From positions 16,182,001-16,246,000 of the forward strand of contig NC_086108.1 in the NCBI RefSeq assembly GCF_963921235.1: 64,000 nt of DNA. Reading direction: 5' to 3'. The stretch comes from Mobula hypostoma (Eukaryota). The notes below the pieces were generated by a model. The model saw only the letters and a program-made list of their open reading frames with translations, had not been told where the DNA came from and ran no database searches. Shown piece by piece: positions 24,251 to 36,655 of this stretch (the first letter of the stretch is position 1; every line of letters begins with the position of its first letter). The translations under genes were made by a program, and so were the position numbers.

Positions 24251-25684
24251 ACACTTCGCTTATGTCGTCCAGGCTCAGCCACTTACCTCGCTTCATAGTC
24301 CCCCCAGGCGAATCCAAGCTCTAGGCGGTCATCCACATACGTCAAAACTCCACACACCTTCACTTCCCCCATGGTCTTCCTCATGCCCCGTGGGAAGGAT
24401 GCAGGGGCTCCGGATATGCCCTTGGGCATCTTTTCGGATCGGAAGAATCCTAGGGAACTAATAACGGCCATCTTCGGCTCGACAGCCGCACTCCTCGGGA
24501 TCTGGCAATGTCCACTCCTCAGATCCAGCACATTAAACTACATCGCATAATCCGCACACATGCTGCCTCCCTCTTCCATGGCGGCCAGGGTCCAGTTGCC
24601 GCAACCTCTCTCTCACTGAGGTGTCTTCAGCGGTCAACTCCCCTCCCTCGTGGTAGTTTGGAGCATTTACTAAGAGGGTCTACTTTCCCCAAGCCGTACC
24701 ACCGCTGGGTCTCGCTTTAATTCGGTACCGGCTCAAGGCTGCTACGCACTTCCTCAGAAGCAGCTCGACACACTGGGTGCCCAGACAATGCCCCCATGAA
24801 CTCCAGGGTCATCGTCTTCTGAATAACTACTGGCACTGGTATCCAAAATCTCCGGTGCCCTTGCGGTTGTCAAGGGTAAATGCTTCAGACACTGGTTGTA
24901 AAACGAACTGTACAACAACTTGACCTGCGCCCCGGGGTTGAGAATGGCTTTAGCATCACTTCCCTCTATCCATAACGACAGCCTAGGGCGTGGTCCCTCT
25001 AAGCCTTCAGGAATAGGGTCTTTTCCTTGTGGAAGTTCATTGGTACATTGCTAGGAACGTGCTTCCCCAGAGACCCCAAGCCGTTTCCCCACTGGGCCTC
25101 CACTAAGTTTCCCAACACCTCTCTGGTCAGCTGAACAACTGAAGGAGGGGCTGATCCCCTGAAATGATCCCCATGGCACTGCAAGCAATTTAGCCACCCT
25201 CCTAGCCAGAGAAGACACACTGAAAACTTTCCCCCCTCTTTCAAATAACTGACAGCTGTCACTACTGTGTAAGTGAACCTGACAGCTCTAACACCGTCAC
25301 CAGCCCGCCTACTTAAACTTTCAACCAATCCCTGTCGCTCTCCCTCAACCGAGCACTGCCACTAATCTAGCAACTGAGAGATCCGCTCCGCCCATGTCTC
25401 GCACACCTCCGCCCCTCTTGGGGTGGACACTATCTCAAGCACCAGGTGGAGCCTGCCAGAGCTAGAACATTTATTCGCAGACACTACCTCCAAATTAGAC
25501 CACTTTTTCCTCTCTCTCCCAACAGCATGGACAGCCCTGAGTGCCACGTCCAACTCATCAATGCCAGCCTGAACTTGAACAAAGATTGCACCTACCATGT
25601 ATACAGCAATAACCAGCAAATAACCCACAGAGACACACATTACAGATTTAAACAGGGCATCCACACAGCATACCAGTAGACCCA

Positions 25685-25702
25685 ATCCCGGATGAGCCCC
25701 CA
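25685..25702 (-). promoter_or_regulatory. Primer binding site (tRNA-Pro, one mismatch)
   Basis: TGGGGGCTCATCCGGGAT, 3 nt inside the 5' LTR; canonical PBS-Pro is TGGGGGCTCGTCCGGGAT. Confidence 0.9.
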
Positions 25703-25705
25703 CAA

Positions 25706-26407
25706 TGTAGCCCCCCCCCCTCCCGGCCACCCTCAGGGTCGCTCGGCTCGCTGTCGTCTAGGGAAACAGCCCTCGGCCTCGCCAAACTGGGTAATAGTTT
25801 GTATGGATGCAGTGTAATGTACCCCACCCCACCCAAATAACAGACAATACACCAGTTACGATTAAATGATTTACAGTTTATAGATATTACTGGAACTATA
25901 TAATTAATAGAGAATAAAATATAAAAGGAAAATAAAAGGCGCCACACTTATCAAAGTTCAATCTCTTCGTGCACAAAAAAGTTGGAGCTCAAGACCCTTC
26001 TTCTTCACCCTGCGACCCCTCGGATCAGCTCGACCGGCCGCCTGGGACCAACAACGGTGGTCGACCAGATGCTCCACACAAGTCCGTCTCCGTCTCCTCG
26101 CCGAACGCCCTCCTTGGGGTCCGACCCCGTTAGCGGACATCACAGCACCTGGTCCATCCTCTGTCTCTCTCTCCCGCCTTCTGCCCCAAAACCCCGCGCA
26201 TATAATATCTTACAGATATACCAAAAACATAACAACTATCCCAATTGGTTCATAACATCTTCTTATCAGTAACGTGATTCAACAAACTGCTAGCGGGAGG
26301 ACTTTCTCAGCATTTAACATAACAAAGAAGCATTCCCAAGTATAACATAACAAAGAAGCCATTTTAATTAGCCTACGCAGTAACATAAGAGACGAAACCC
26401 CCTTACA
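25706..26407 (-). repeat. 5' LTR of the non-autonomous element
   Basis: TG...CA termini; direct repeat of 22210-22903. Confidence 0.95.
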
Positions 26408-29400
26408 ATTCTATTTAACGCTCTGCCAAGGGATGCGATTTGCAGATTGACAGAAAAAAAATACAGTTTCAAAGATGGGCTCAAACTCTCTGTAAAGAAA
26501 TGCAGCATCCTGCATGACTCCCGGGAATCTGTGGCCTCTGAAGGTGCAAAGTCAAGAAGGAGCACTGGGATGATGTTGAGAACTTCAGGTCCACGTACCA
26601 GGAGAACATAGAGGCCCGTGCAAATGGCGGAAGGAGCACACCACCTTATATTCTGTACATCCACCACATAACCAGCTTTTGCCTCGTCTGTGGATGTATC
26701 TTTGGTTCCCACATTGACCACAGCAGTCACCTCAGAACTAGAGAGGAAATGAGACATCCTCAATCTCAAGGATCACCTGGGACAGCAGAGCTGCAGAGAT
26801 AGACTGCAGACAAAGCCAGTGGTCCACTTGATGTCAGAAATTATATGCACCAAGAGGCTTTAATAAGCATACTTATCCCAGGTTTATTGATTGGAAACAC
26901 CACACTATAGGAAGAATATCAACAAGTAGAGAGGGTGCAGAAAGCTTCACAAGGATGCTGGAGGGCTTCACTTATAAAGAGAGGCTGAGAATGCGTTCCC
27001 TGGGATAAAGGAGGCTGAGGGGTGATCTTATCGAGGTTTATTAAACCATGAGGTGCTTAAAAAAAGTGGGTGGATGGCATGGGTGAGTTGGGCCAAAGGA
27101 TTAGAATGGACGAGTTGGGCCAAAGGGCTGTTTCCATGCTGTATAACTCCATGTGCTGAAGTTAAATCCAAAGCTCCCTGGAACATGATGAGACTCTTTG
27201 GCTCTCTCCCACTCACATCGACTTGAATCCAAGCCCCCAGTTCGCTATGGAAACTTGAGTCTACCTGAATCTTTCTGACTGAAACATACCGCCTTATACT
27301 GCGAACCCGCAGATCACTTGCAGTACTTCCTGCGTTACCTGTGACACCCGCAATGCAAGTTACTGTGTGGCCTCCCGCAAGACCCGCCCTCCCTCATCAA
27401 CTGCAAGTGAAAAGGAACAGAGGCGTTGATGGCTAACCACAAACTTGTTTCTCTGGCGGCTGTGCTAAATGATGGTAAAAATAGCATTTCTCGTGCAACA
27501 AGTGGTCTGTTTAAACTGCAACTCCGAATAATAATACGACCCAAGTTTGTGGCGGTTGTGCTAGCAGCGTGGCGAAGCTGTGTCATTCGAGAGAGAAGGG
27601 TTCTATAGAGACTTTACCCGAATCACTCATCTTTGGTTGAAGATATTTGTGACCGGTTCCACCGACGGGTCTCTGCAGCGTGGCGCCAGGACCAGAGAGA
27701 TATTTCCTTACGTGTCAGTGTCCGGGATTGTGACGCTGTTTAATTCAACACTCGGTTCATTTGGGAAGATGAGACTAAAACTGTAGGTGGCTAACTGCGA
27801 ACTAGGATCTTGTTAATTCCTACTCTAGAGGGCTGTTACTGTTGCAATAGTAAAACGCTGGAAGAACTCAGCAGGCCAGGCAGCATCAATGGAGAGGACT
27901 TGACGTCCCCAGGCTAGATTCTTCATCAGAACAGGGTGATTCTTGATCTGGATTGTTACTGCTCCCGGGTTAACATACCTCGATAATCCTCTGCGTGGGA
28001 TGGTGATTTTATCGGAGAAGGGACGCAATTGGTTAAAACGTATGAAGTTTGTTGAAGATTTCGAGAACAAAACTTGCATTCCATTCCCCCGACTGGATCC
28101 CATGGCGAACCAATGCATTCTTTGGTCTTTTTTTAAAAAATGAATTGTGCTTTGAATACTTGTATACAGTAATGTAATGAGATAATCTTACAAACTGGTG
28201 CGTGCTCAAGAAATTCCCACAAACGACAGTCTGGAGTTTTTCCTGGATTTATTTGGCGATATTGGGCAGGATCGCGGAGTAACTCGCTGCTCCAACTAGT
28301 GCAGAGATTGGAGTTAAACCCACACGAGGTGGCTGGTGATAGTTTCCGACCACCATGTAGTTGACTGGGTTTTGGATTCCAGGATATTGAAAAGAATCGA
28401 CAGAAGAATCCGCAACTTCTTCTAAAAAGACTGCTAACGTTGAAAGTTCGATACAAAATAAAGAATGCTGAAGCGACACACACAAAATGCTGGGGGAGCT
28501 CAGTAGGTCAGGCAGCATCTATGGAAACGATGTTTCTGTCGGAGACCGTGCCTCAGATCTGGAAAGGATTTTGAGTGTGTCGCTCTGGATTTTCATTACA
28601 GTACTTGTAGAATCTCTTGTGTTAAAAAATGCTGGAAATACCCATCAGGTCTGTGGAGAGAGAAATGTTTCAGGTGGAAGACCTTTCTGCAGAATCCTTC
28701 CCCATTAATCTGAAACATTCACTGTGTTTCTCTCTCCTCAGATGTTGCTCAGAAATAGCCTGGGACTATTTCCAACATTCTCTATTTTATTTCCATAATT
28801 TTCTCTGTTCGTCGGAAAGAATCAGAATATCTCCAACCAGCTTTTTCTTGTGCGTTTGGAGTGTTGAACTCTAGGTGGGAAATTGCTGCAGTCCATTGGG
28901 TGAGATTTTCTTTTGATAGATAGATAGATAGATATACTTCATTGATCCCGAGGGACATTGCGTTTCGTTACAGCCGCACCAACCAAGAATAGAGCATAAA
29001 TATAGCAATACAAAAACCACAAACAATCAAACAACAAAATGCAAACTATGCCAGATGGAAAATAAGTCCAGGACCAGCCTATCGGCTCAGGGTGTCTGAC
29101 CCTCCACGGGAGGAGCTGCAAGTTCGATGGCCACAGGCAGGAATGACCTCCCGTGCCGGCCAGTGTTGTATCTCGGTGGACTGTGGCCGAAGTCCAACAG
29201 CAAAAAGTTCAATATCCGGTCTACAAACACGTTCCTCGATCGTAATATGACCCGGATTGCACCATCTGTTGTTAACCATCTTTGCAAGTAAAGGGCAATT
29301 TGGCCAATGCAATTTAAAGGTGCAATTTCAGGAGTTCAGGGGCAAAATGTCCCATGGGGTGAAGGGCAATGCTTAGGCAGCTTACATCAGATGTAGGTCA

Positions 29401-29469
29401 TTGGGATCAAGACAGAATAGAATAGAAAACCTACAGCACAATACAGGCCCTTCAGCCCACAATGCTGTG

Positions 29470-32400
29470 TCGAACATGTCCCATTGAGTCTATGCCACCA
29501 TTCCATCATGACTGATCCCAGATGCCACTCAATCCAATACATCTTACTTCTCTCCATATCCTGATCAGGAAACGATCAACTTCTGCCTTAAATGTATGTA
29601 CGGACTGGGCCTCCACAGCGGTCTGTGCTACAGCATTCCACAGATTTACTACTCTGGCTAAAAAAAATTCCTCCTTACCTCTGTTCTATAGCATGGTCCC
29701 TCAGTTCTGAGGCTGTGCCATCCAGTTCTGAATACCTCCACCACAGGAAATAGCCTCTCCACATCCACCCTATCTAGTCCTTTCAACATTCAGTAGGTTT
29801 CAATGAGATGCTCATGCACTCTTCTAAACTCCAGTGCGTCCCAAAGCTGCCAAATGCTCCTCATGTTACCCGTGCATTTCCGGAATCATCCATGTGAACC
29901 TCCTCTGGACTCTCTCCAATGACAACACATTCTTTCTGAGATAGGGGGCCCAAAACCTTTGACAATACTGTGGCCTGACTAGTCTCTTATAAAGGCCTAG
30001 CATTATCTCCTTGCTTTTATATTTTATTCCCTTTGAAATAAATGCCAACATTGCATTTGCCTTCTTTACCACAGACTAAACCTGTAAATTGACCTTCTAG
30101 GAATCTTGCACAAGGATTCCCAAATCCCTCTGCACCTCTGATATTTGAATTTTCTCTCCATTTAGATAACAGTCCACACTATTGTTCCTTTTACCAAAAT
30201 GCATGATCATACATTTCCCAACACTGTATTCCACCTGCCACTTTTTCACCCAATCTTCCCATTTGTCTAAGTCCTGCTGCAATCGCGTTGCTTCCTCAGC
30301 ACTACCTATCCCTCCACCTATTTTTGTATCATCCACAAATTTTGCCACAAAGCCATCAATTCCATTTTCCAAGTCATTGACAAACAATGTGAAAACCAAT
30401 ACTGAACCTTGAGAAACACCAATAGTCACCGGCAGCCAACATTTATTCCCACTTGCTGCCTCCTGCCCGCCAGCCATTCATTCCACTATCCATACCAGTA
30501 TCTTCCTGTAACACCACAGGATTTTATCTTGTTAAGCAGCCTCATGTGAAGTACCTTATCAAATGCCTTCTGAAAATCCAAGTAAATTACATCTACTGCT
30601 TGTCCTTTGTCCACCCTGCTTGTTACTTCCTCAAAGAACTCGAACAAATTTGGCAGGCAAGATTTACCTTTACAGAAACCATGCTGACTTCTTACTTTAT
30701 CATTAGACTCCAAGTACTCTGAAACATCATCCTTAGTAACAGATTCTAACACATTCCCAACCACTGAGGTTAGGCTAACTGGCTTATAATTTCCTTTCTT
30801 TTGCCTTCCTCTCTTCTTAAATATGACATTTGCAATCTTCCAGTCCTCTGGGGCCATGCCAGAATCAAGTGATTCTTGAAAGATCATGACCAATGCATCT
30901 CTTCAGCAAACTCTCCTGGTTCTTTGGGATTTAGTCCATCTGATCCAGGTGACTTATGCACCTTAAGACCTTTGAGTTTGCCTAGCACTTTTTCCTTTGT
31001 AATAGCAATGGCACTCACTCCTGCTCCCTGACACTCATGGACCTCTGGCTCACTGCTCATGTCTTCCACATTGAAGACTGATGCAAAGTACCTATTAAAT
31101 TAATTTGACATTTCTTTGTAGCCCTACTCCTACCTCACCAGCATCATTTTCCAATGATCCAATATCAACTCTCGCCTCCCTTTTACTCTTCATATAACTG
31201 AAAAATCTTTTGGTATCCTGCTTTATACTATTCACTGGTCTGCCTTCATAGTTCATCTTTTCCCTTCTTATAGATTTTTTAGTTGCCTTTTGCTGGATTT
31301 TAAAAATTTCCTTATCATCCAACTTCCCACTCACTTTTGCTACCTTATATGCTTTTTCCTTGACTTTTATGCAGTCCTTAACTTCCTTTGTCAGCTACAG
31401 TTGCCTGGCCCTGCCATTTGAGAACTTCTTCCTCTGTGGAATATATCTATCCTGCACTTTGTTAACTATTTCCAGAAACTTCAGCCATCTCTGCTCTGCT
31501 GTCATCCCCAACCTGCCATCATCCCCACCAGTATCCTCCTCCAATCCACCTGGGCAAGCTCCTCTCTCATGCCTCTGTAATTCCCTTTATTCTATTGTGA
31601 TCTGACTTATGTTTCTCCCTCTCAAATTGCAGTATGAATTCAATCATATTATGAAAACTGCCTCCTGAGGGTTCCTTTACATTAAGCTCCCTGATAAGAT
31701 CTGGGTTATTACACAACAGCCAATCTAAGATACTCTTTCCCCAAGCAGGCTCAAACATAAGGTGCTCTGAAAAGCCATCTCGTAGGTATTCAACAAATTC
31801 CTTCTCCTGCGATCTGACACCAACCTGATTTTCCCAATCCCCTTGCATATTGAAGTCCCCCATTACCATTGTGTAATTACCCTTATCACATGCCCTTTCC
31901 AGCTCCCTTTGCAATCGTAACCCCACATCCTGACCACAATTTGCGACCTCTTTCTAAAGATGTAATTCCATCTCTTACCAACAAAGCCACACCATCACCA
32001 ATGCCTTCCTGCATACAAAGTTTATCCTTTGCTGTTAAGCTCCCAGCTGTGGCCTTCCTTCAGCCACAAGTCAGTGATGCCCACAACATCATACTGACTG
32101 ATTTCTAATCGCTCCACGAGTTTGTCCATCTTATTCCAAATACTATGAGTATTTAAATAAGGCACCTTTGGTCTGCATTCTTCGTGCTTTTGAATTTTGC
32201 CTCTGTGTTACAATTTAACTCTTTGCTCTGTCTGCATTTGTACCCAATCATTGGCTTGTCCATCCTTATATTCATGTTACATCCATCATGTACTTGTAAA
32301 CCAGCTGGCTCATCCTCAGTTCTATCATTCTGGTTCCCACCCCCCTGCCATATTAGTTTAAATCACCCTCAACAGCTCTAATAAATCTGCCTGCAAGAAT

Positions 32401-32550
32401 ATTAGTCACCCTGCCCCAGAAGAGGTCCGAATTGTCCAGAAATCTGAATCCCTGCCCCCCACTCCAATTCTTCAGCCATGCATTTACCTGCCACTTCATT
32501 CTATTCCTATCCTCACTGTTGCATGGCACAGGCAGCAATCCCAAGATTAC
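29470..32550 (-). mobile_element. Long decayed CR1 LINE (ORF1 end, APE, RT, 3' UTR)
   Basis: VNAWLKNW..GFRFLD, VMGDFN, KSPGSDG, YLDFQKAFDKV, FVDDTK in broken frames. Confidence 0.9.
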
Positions 32551-32894
32551 TACCCTGTATCAGTGAATGGCACCTTGGGTGGCCCCCTAGCCCACAGGAT
32601 GGTATAATAATGCCCCTCAAAATATATAAAACAAACCTGAAGTTGCTGCTTGGCATCATCATCCCACTCCAGCTGCATAAGCAGATGACACTGAAGCTGA
32701 GAAAAGGTGCTCATAACCCTGCGGAGGTGCCCCGTACAGTTTTGGGGTTATTATGATCTCAGGTCGATTCGGGAGTACAGGTGGGACATCTGAAGTATTA
32801 GCATCTGCACGGGGGCCAACAGTGGCTCCACCTGCATAAAGATCTGCCCCACCCTTAACCCATGACTCAGGGCCAACTACTGGGGGAAAGGCTA

Positions 32895-35800
32895 TCATAG
32901 ATTGGGTGTCGTGTAATAATTCAGGTTTTATTAGTTGGCTGAACGTAAAGGAACCTTTAGGAGGCAGTGATCATAATATGATTGAATTCATACTGCAATT
33001 TGAGAGGGAGAAACATATGTTACATGTATCAGTATCGCAATGGCCTAAAGGGAATTACAGAAGCATGAGAGCTGCTTGCCGAGGTGGATTGGAGGAGGAT
33101 ACTGGCAGAGATGACGGCAGGACAGTGGTGGCTGAAGTTTCTGGGAATAGTTCACAAGGCGCAGGGTAGAAATGTCCCACAGAAGTAGTTGTTTTCAAAT
33201 GGCAGGGCTAGGCAACTGTTGCTGACAAAGGAATTAATAACTGCATAAGAACCAAGGAAAGGGCATATAAGGTCGCAAAAGTGAGTGGGAAGTTGGATAA
33301 TTGGGAAGCTTTTAAAATCCAACAAAAGGCAATTAAAAAGCTATAAGAAGGGAAAAGATGAAATATGAGGACAAACTAGCCGATAATATAAAACAGGATA
33401 CTAAGTTTTTTCAGTTATATAAAAAAAACAAAGGGGAGGTGAGATTAATATTGGACCACTGGAAAATGATGCTGGTGAGGTAGGAATGGGGCCAAAGAAA
33501 TGGCAGAACTTGATGGGTACTTTGCATCGGTCTTCACTGTGGAAGACACTAGCAGTGTGCCTGAGGTCCATGAGTATCAGGGAGCAGGAATGAGTGCTAT
33601 TACAAAGGAAAAAGTGCTAGGTAAACTGGGAGGTCTTTTGGTGAATAAGTCACCTGGGCCAGATGGACTACATCCCACATTCCTGAGAGAGGTTGCTGAA
33701 GAGTTAATGGATGCATTAGTCATGATCGTTCAAGAAGCACTTGATTCTGGCATGGCCCTGGAGGACTGGAAAACTCCAAATGTCACTCCACTCTTTAAGG
33801 AGGGTGGAAGGCAAAAGAGAGGAAATTATAGGCCAGTTATCCTAACCTCAGTGGTCGGGAAAGTGTTGAAGTCTATTATTAAGGATGAGATTTTGGGGTA
33901 ATGGAGACTAATGATAAAATAAGTCAAAATCAGCATGGTTTCTGTGAAGAGACACCTTGCCTGACAAATCTGTTAGAATTCTTCAGGGAAGTAAGAAGCA
34001 GGATGGTCAAAGGAGAGGTAGTGGATGTCACTTACTGGGATTTTCAAAAGGCATTTGATAAGGTGACTCACATCATGCTGCCTAACAAGATAAAATCCAA
34101 TGGTCTTACAGGAGATATATGGCATGGATAGAGGAATGGCTGACAGGCAGGAGGCAGCGAGTGGGAATAGATAAAAGGGCCCTTTTCTGGTTGGCTGCCA
34201 GTGACTAGTGGTGTTCCTCACGTGTCAGTATTAGGACTGCTACTTTTCTCATTGTTTGTCATTGATTTAGATAATGGAATTGATGGCTTTGTGGCAGTTT
34301 GTGGATGATACAAAGATAGGTGGAGGGGTAGGTAGTGCTGAGGAAGCAATGCAATTGCAGCAGGACTTAGTCAAATATATCAGAATTACAGTGGAGTAAA
34401 GGGAATTACAGGAGCATGAGAGAGGAGCTGGCCAAAGTTGATTGGAAGGGGGCACGAGCAGGGATGACAACAGAACAGCAATGGCTGGAGTTTCTAGGAG
34501 CAATTCGAAAGGTGCAGGATAAATACATCTCAAAGATGAAGTAGTATTTTAAAGGGAGAATGAGGCAATCGTGGCTGACAAGGGAAGTCAAAGACAGCAT
34601 AAAAGCAAAGGAGAGGGCATATAATATAGCAAAAATTAGTGGCTTTTAGAGGATTGGGAAGCTTTTAAAATCCAACAGAAGACAACTACAAAACCATAAG
34701 GAGAAAAAAGATGAAATATGAATGTAAGCTAGCCAATTATATAAAAGAGAGTACCAAAAGCTTTTTCAAATATATAAAGAGTAAAAGAGAGGTGAGATAG
34801 ATATTAGGCTGCTGGAAAATAACGCTGGAGAGGTAGTAATGGGAGACATAGAAATGGAGGATGAGGATAAGTATTTTGCATCAATCTTCACTGTGGAAGA
34901 CACTAACAGTATGCCAGAAACTTGAGAGTATTGGGGGCAAAAGTGTGTGATGATGTGGTTACTAAGGAGGAGCTGCTAGGAAGCTTACAGATCTGAAGGT
35001 AGCTAAGTCACTCGGACCAGATGGACTGCACTCCAGGGTTCTGAAAGAGGTGGCTAAAGAGATTGAGGTAATAATCTTTCAAGAACTACTAGATAAAGAA
35101 TGGGAACAAAGGGAGTCTTTTCTGGTTGGCTGCCAGTCACCAATGGTGTTTTGTAAGGATCGGTATTGGGACCACTTCTTTTCATGTTATATGAAGAAAT
35201 GATGTTAGTACTCCAGTTAACCTGACCAGTGGTTGGGAAGGTGTTGGAGTCCATTATTAAGGATAAAATTATGATGGGTATAGATAGAGTGAATTCAAGC
35301 AGACTTTTTCCACTGAGGCAAGGGGAGGAAAAAACCAGAGGACATGGGTTAAGGGTGAGGGGGGAAAAGTTTAAAGGGAACATTAGGGGGGTCTTCTTCA
35401 CACAGAGAGTGGTGGGAGTATGGAATGAGCTGCCAGACGAGGTGGTAAATGCAGGTTCTTTTTTTAACATTTAAGAATAAATTGGACAGATACATGGATG
35501 GGAGGTGTATGGAGGGATATGGTCCATGTGCAGGTCAGTGGGACTAGGCAGAAAATGGTTCGGCACAGCCAAGAAGGGCCAAAAGGCCTGTTTCTGTGCT
35601 GTAGTTTCTATGGTTCTAAGCTTTTAGGGTACTTCGAAGCACATGATAAATCAGGCCAAAGTCAACATGATTTCCTTAAGGGGAAATCTTGCCTGACAAA
35701 TCTTTTGGAATTCTTTGAGAAAATTATAACCAGGATAGACAAAGTGGATGTTGTTCACTTGAATTTTCAGAAGGCCTTTGACAAGGTGCCACACGAGGCT

Positions 35801-35985
35801 GCTGAACAAGATAACAGCCAGTGTTTATAGGAAAGATACTAGCATGGATAGAAGATTGGCTGTCTGGCAGAAGGCAAAGAATGGGAACAAAGGGAGTCTT
35901 TTCTGGTTGACTGCCAGTGACCAATGGTGTTTTGTAAGGATCGGTATTGGGACCACTTCTTTTCATGTTATATGTTACTTCATGT
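32895..35985 (+). mobile_element. Cluster of nested and tandem decayed CR1 LINE pieces; the last continues at ~43140-44080 after the Gypsy insertion
   Basis: Repeated LGGSDHN, KSPGPDG, DFQKAFDKV fragments; the RT motif region resumes (FVAKFADDTK) to the right of the Gypsy element. Confidence 0.85.
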
Positions 35986-35988
35986 TTA

Positions 35989-36596
35989 TGTAACGTTCAG
36001 TTATATTGGCTCGTGTATGTCTAGGGGAAATCCAGCCCAGCACCGGCCTCAACACTCCCCACAGGGTCGGTTGCCGCCCGAATCAATCACAAACATCAAT
36101 CATCAGCCAGCACACCCAGTAAATTTTAACAAATACACTTTATAGATATTACTAATTCTATGACATTAATATACATTTGATACAGAGAGGAAAGTAATGG
36201 AAAAAAAAGGCGCCAACACTTATCAAAGTCCAAGTTCTTTGCGCGCTACGTTGGAGTTCAATTCGACTTCAGACGACCACCCGAATTCCGTCGACTCAGG
36301 GCTCGGGACCACCCTGAGTGATCGACCGGAGCCTCTCCACACGTCCGCGGTCCTCCTCGTCTCTCCTCCAACTCCCCGCCAAAACTCAGTCCACAGTCAT
36401 ATCATACAGCATGGTATCCGAAAACAAAACCATACATAACCACCCATTGGCTAATAGAACCCTGTTATCTCATTTTAAAGTAAAACAAAGTGTTAGCGCA
36501 AACTCTCTTCAGCGTTAAAGCACAACAAAGCCGCATTCCCCAGATTAACATAACAAAGTCGCCATTTTAAATGTAACAAAAGAAAGACCCCGTACA
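35989..36596 (-). repeat. Gypsy 3' LTR
   Basis: TG...CA; about 97% identical to 42521-43129 by eye. Confidence 0.96.
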
Positions 36597-36655
36597 CTCT
36601 CCCCCCCCACCTCAAAAAGTCATGCCCTCATGACGTTAACAGAGTTCACCAGGGC

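Larger units (their letters stand above)
22210..26407 (-). mobile_element. Non-autonomous Gypsy-derived LTR element carrying captured myosin sequence
   Basis: Paired LTRs, 4-bp TSD ATTC (22206-22209 / 26408-26411), tRNA-Pro-like PBS, PPT at ~22904-22914; deleted gag, protease and RT remnants. Confidence 0.92.

Noticed and set aside
27943..28143. Possible Tc1/mariner transposase remnant (PRLDPMANQCILWSFFK)
   Set aside because: Only vague similarity to the SPDLNPIE.LW motif; no TIRs or other motifs found.
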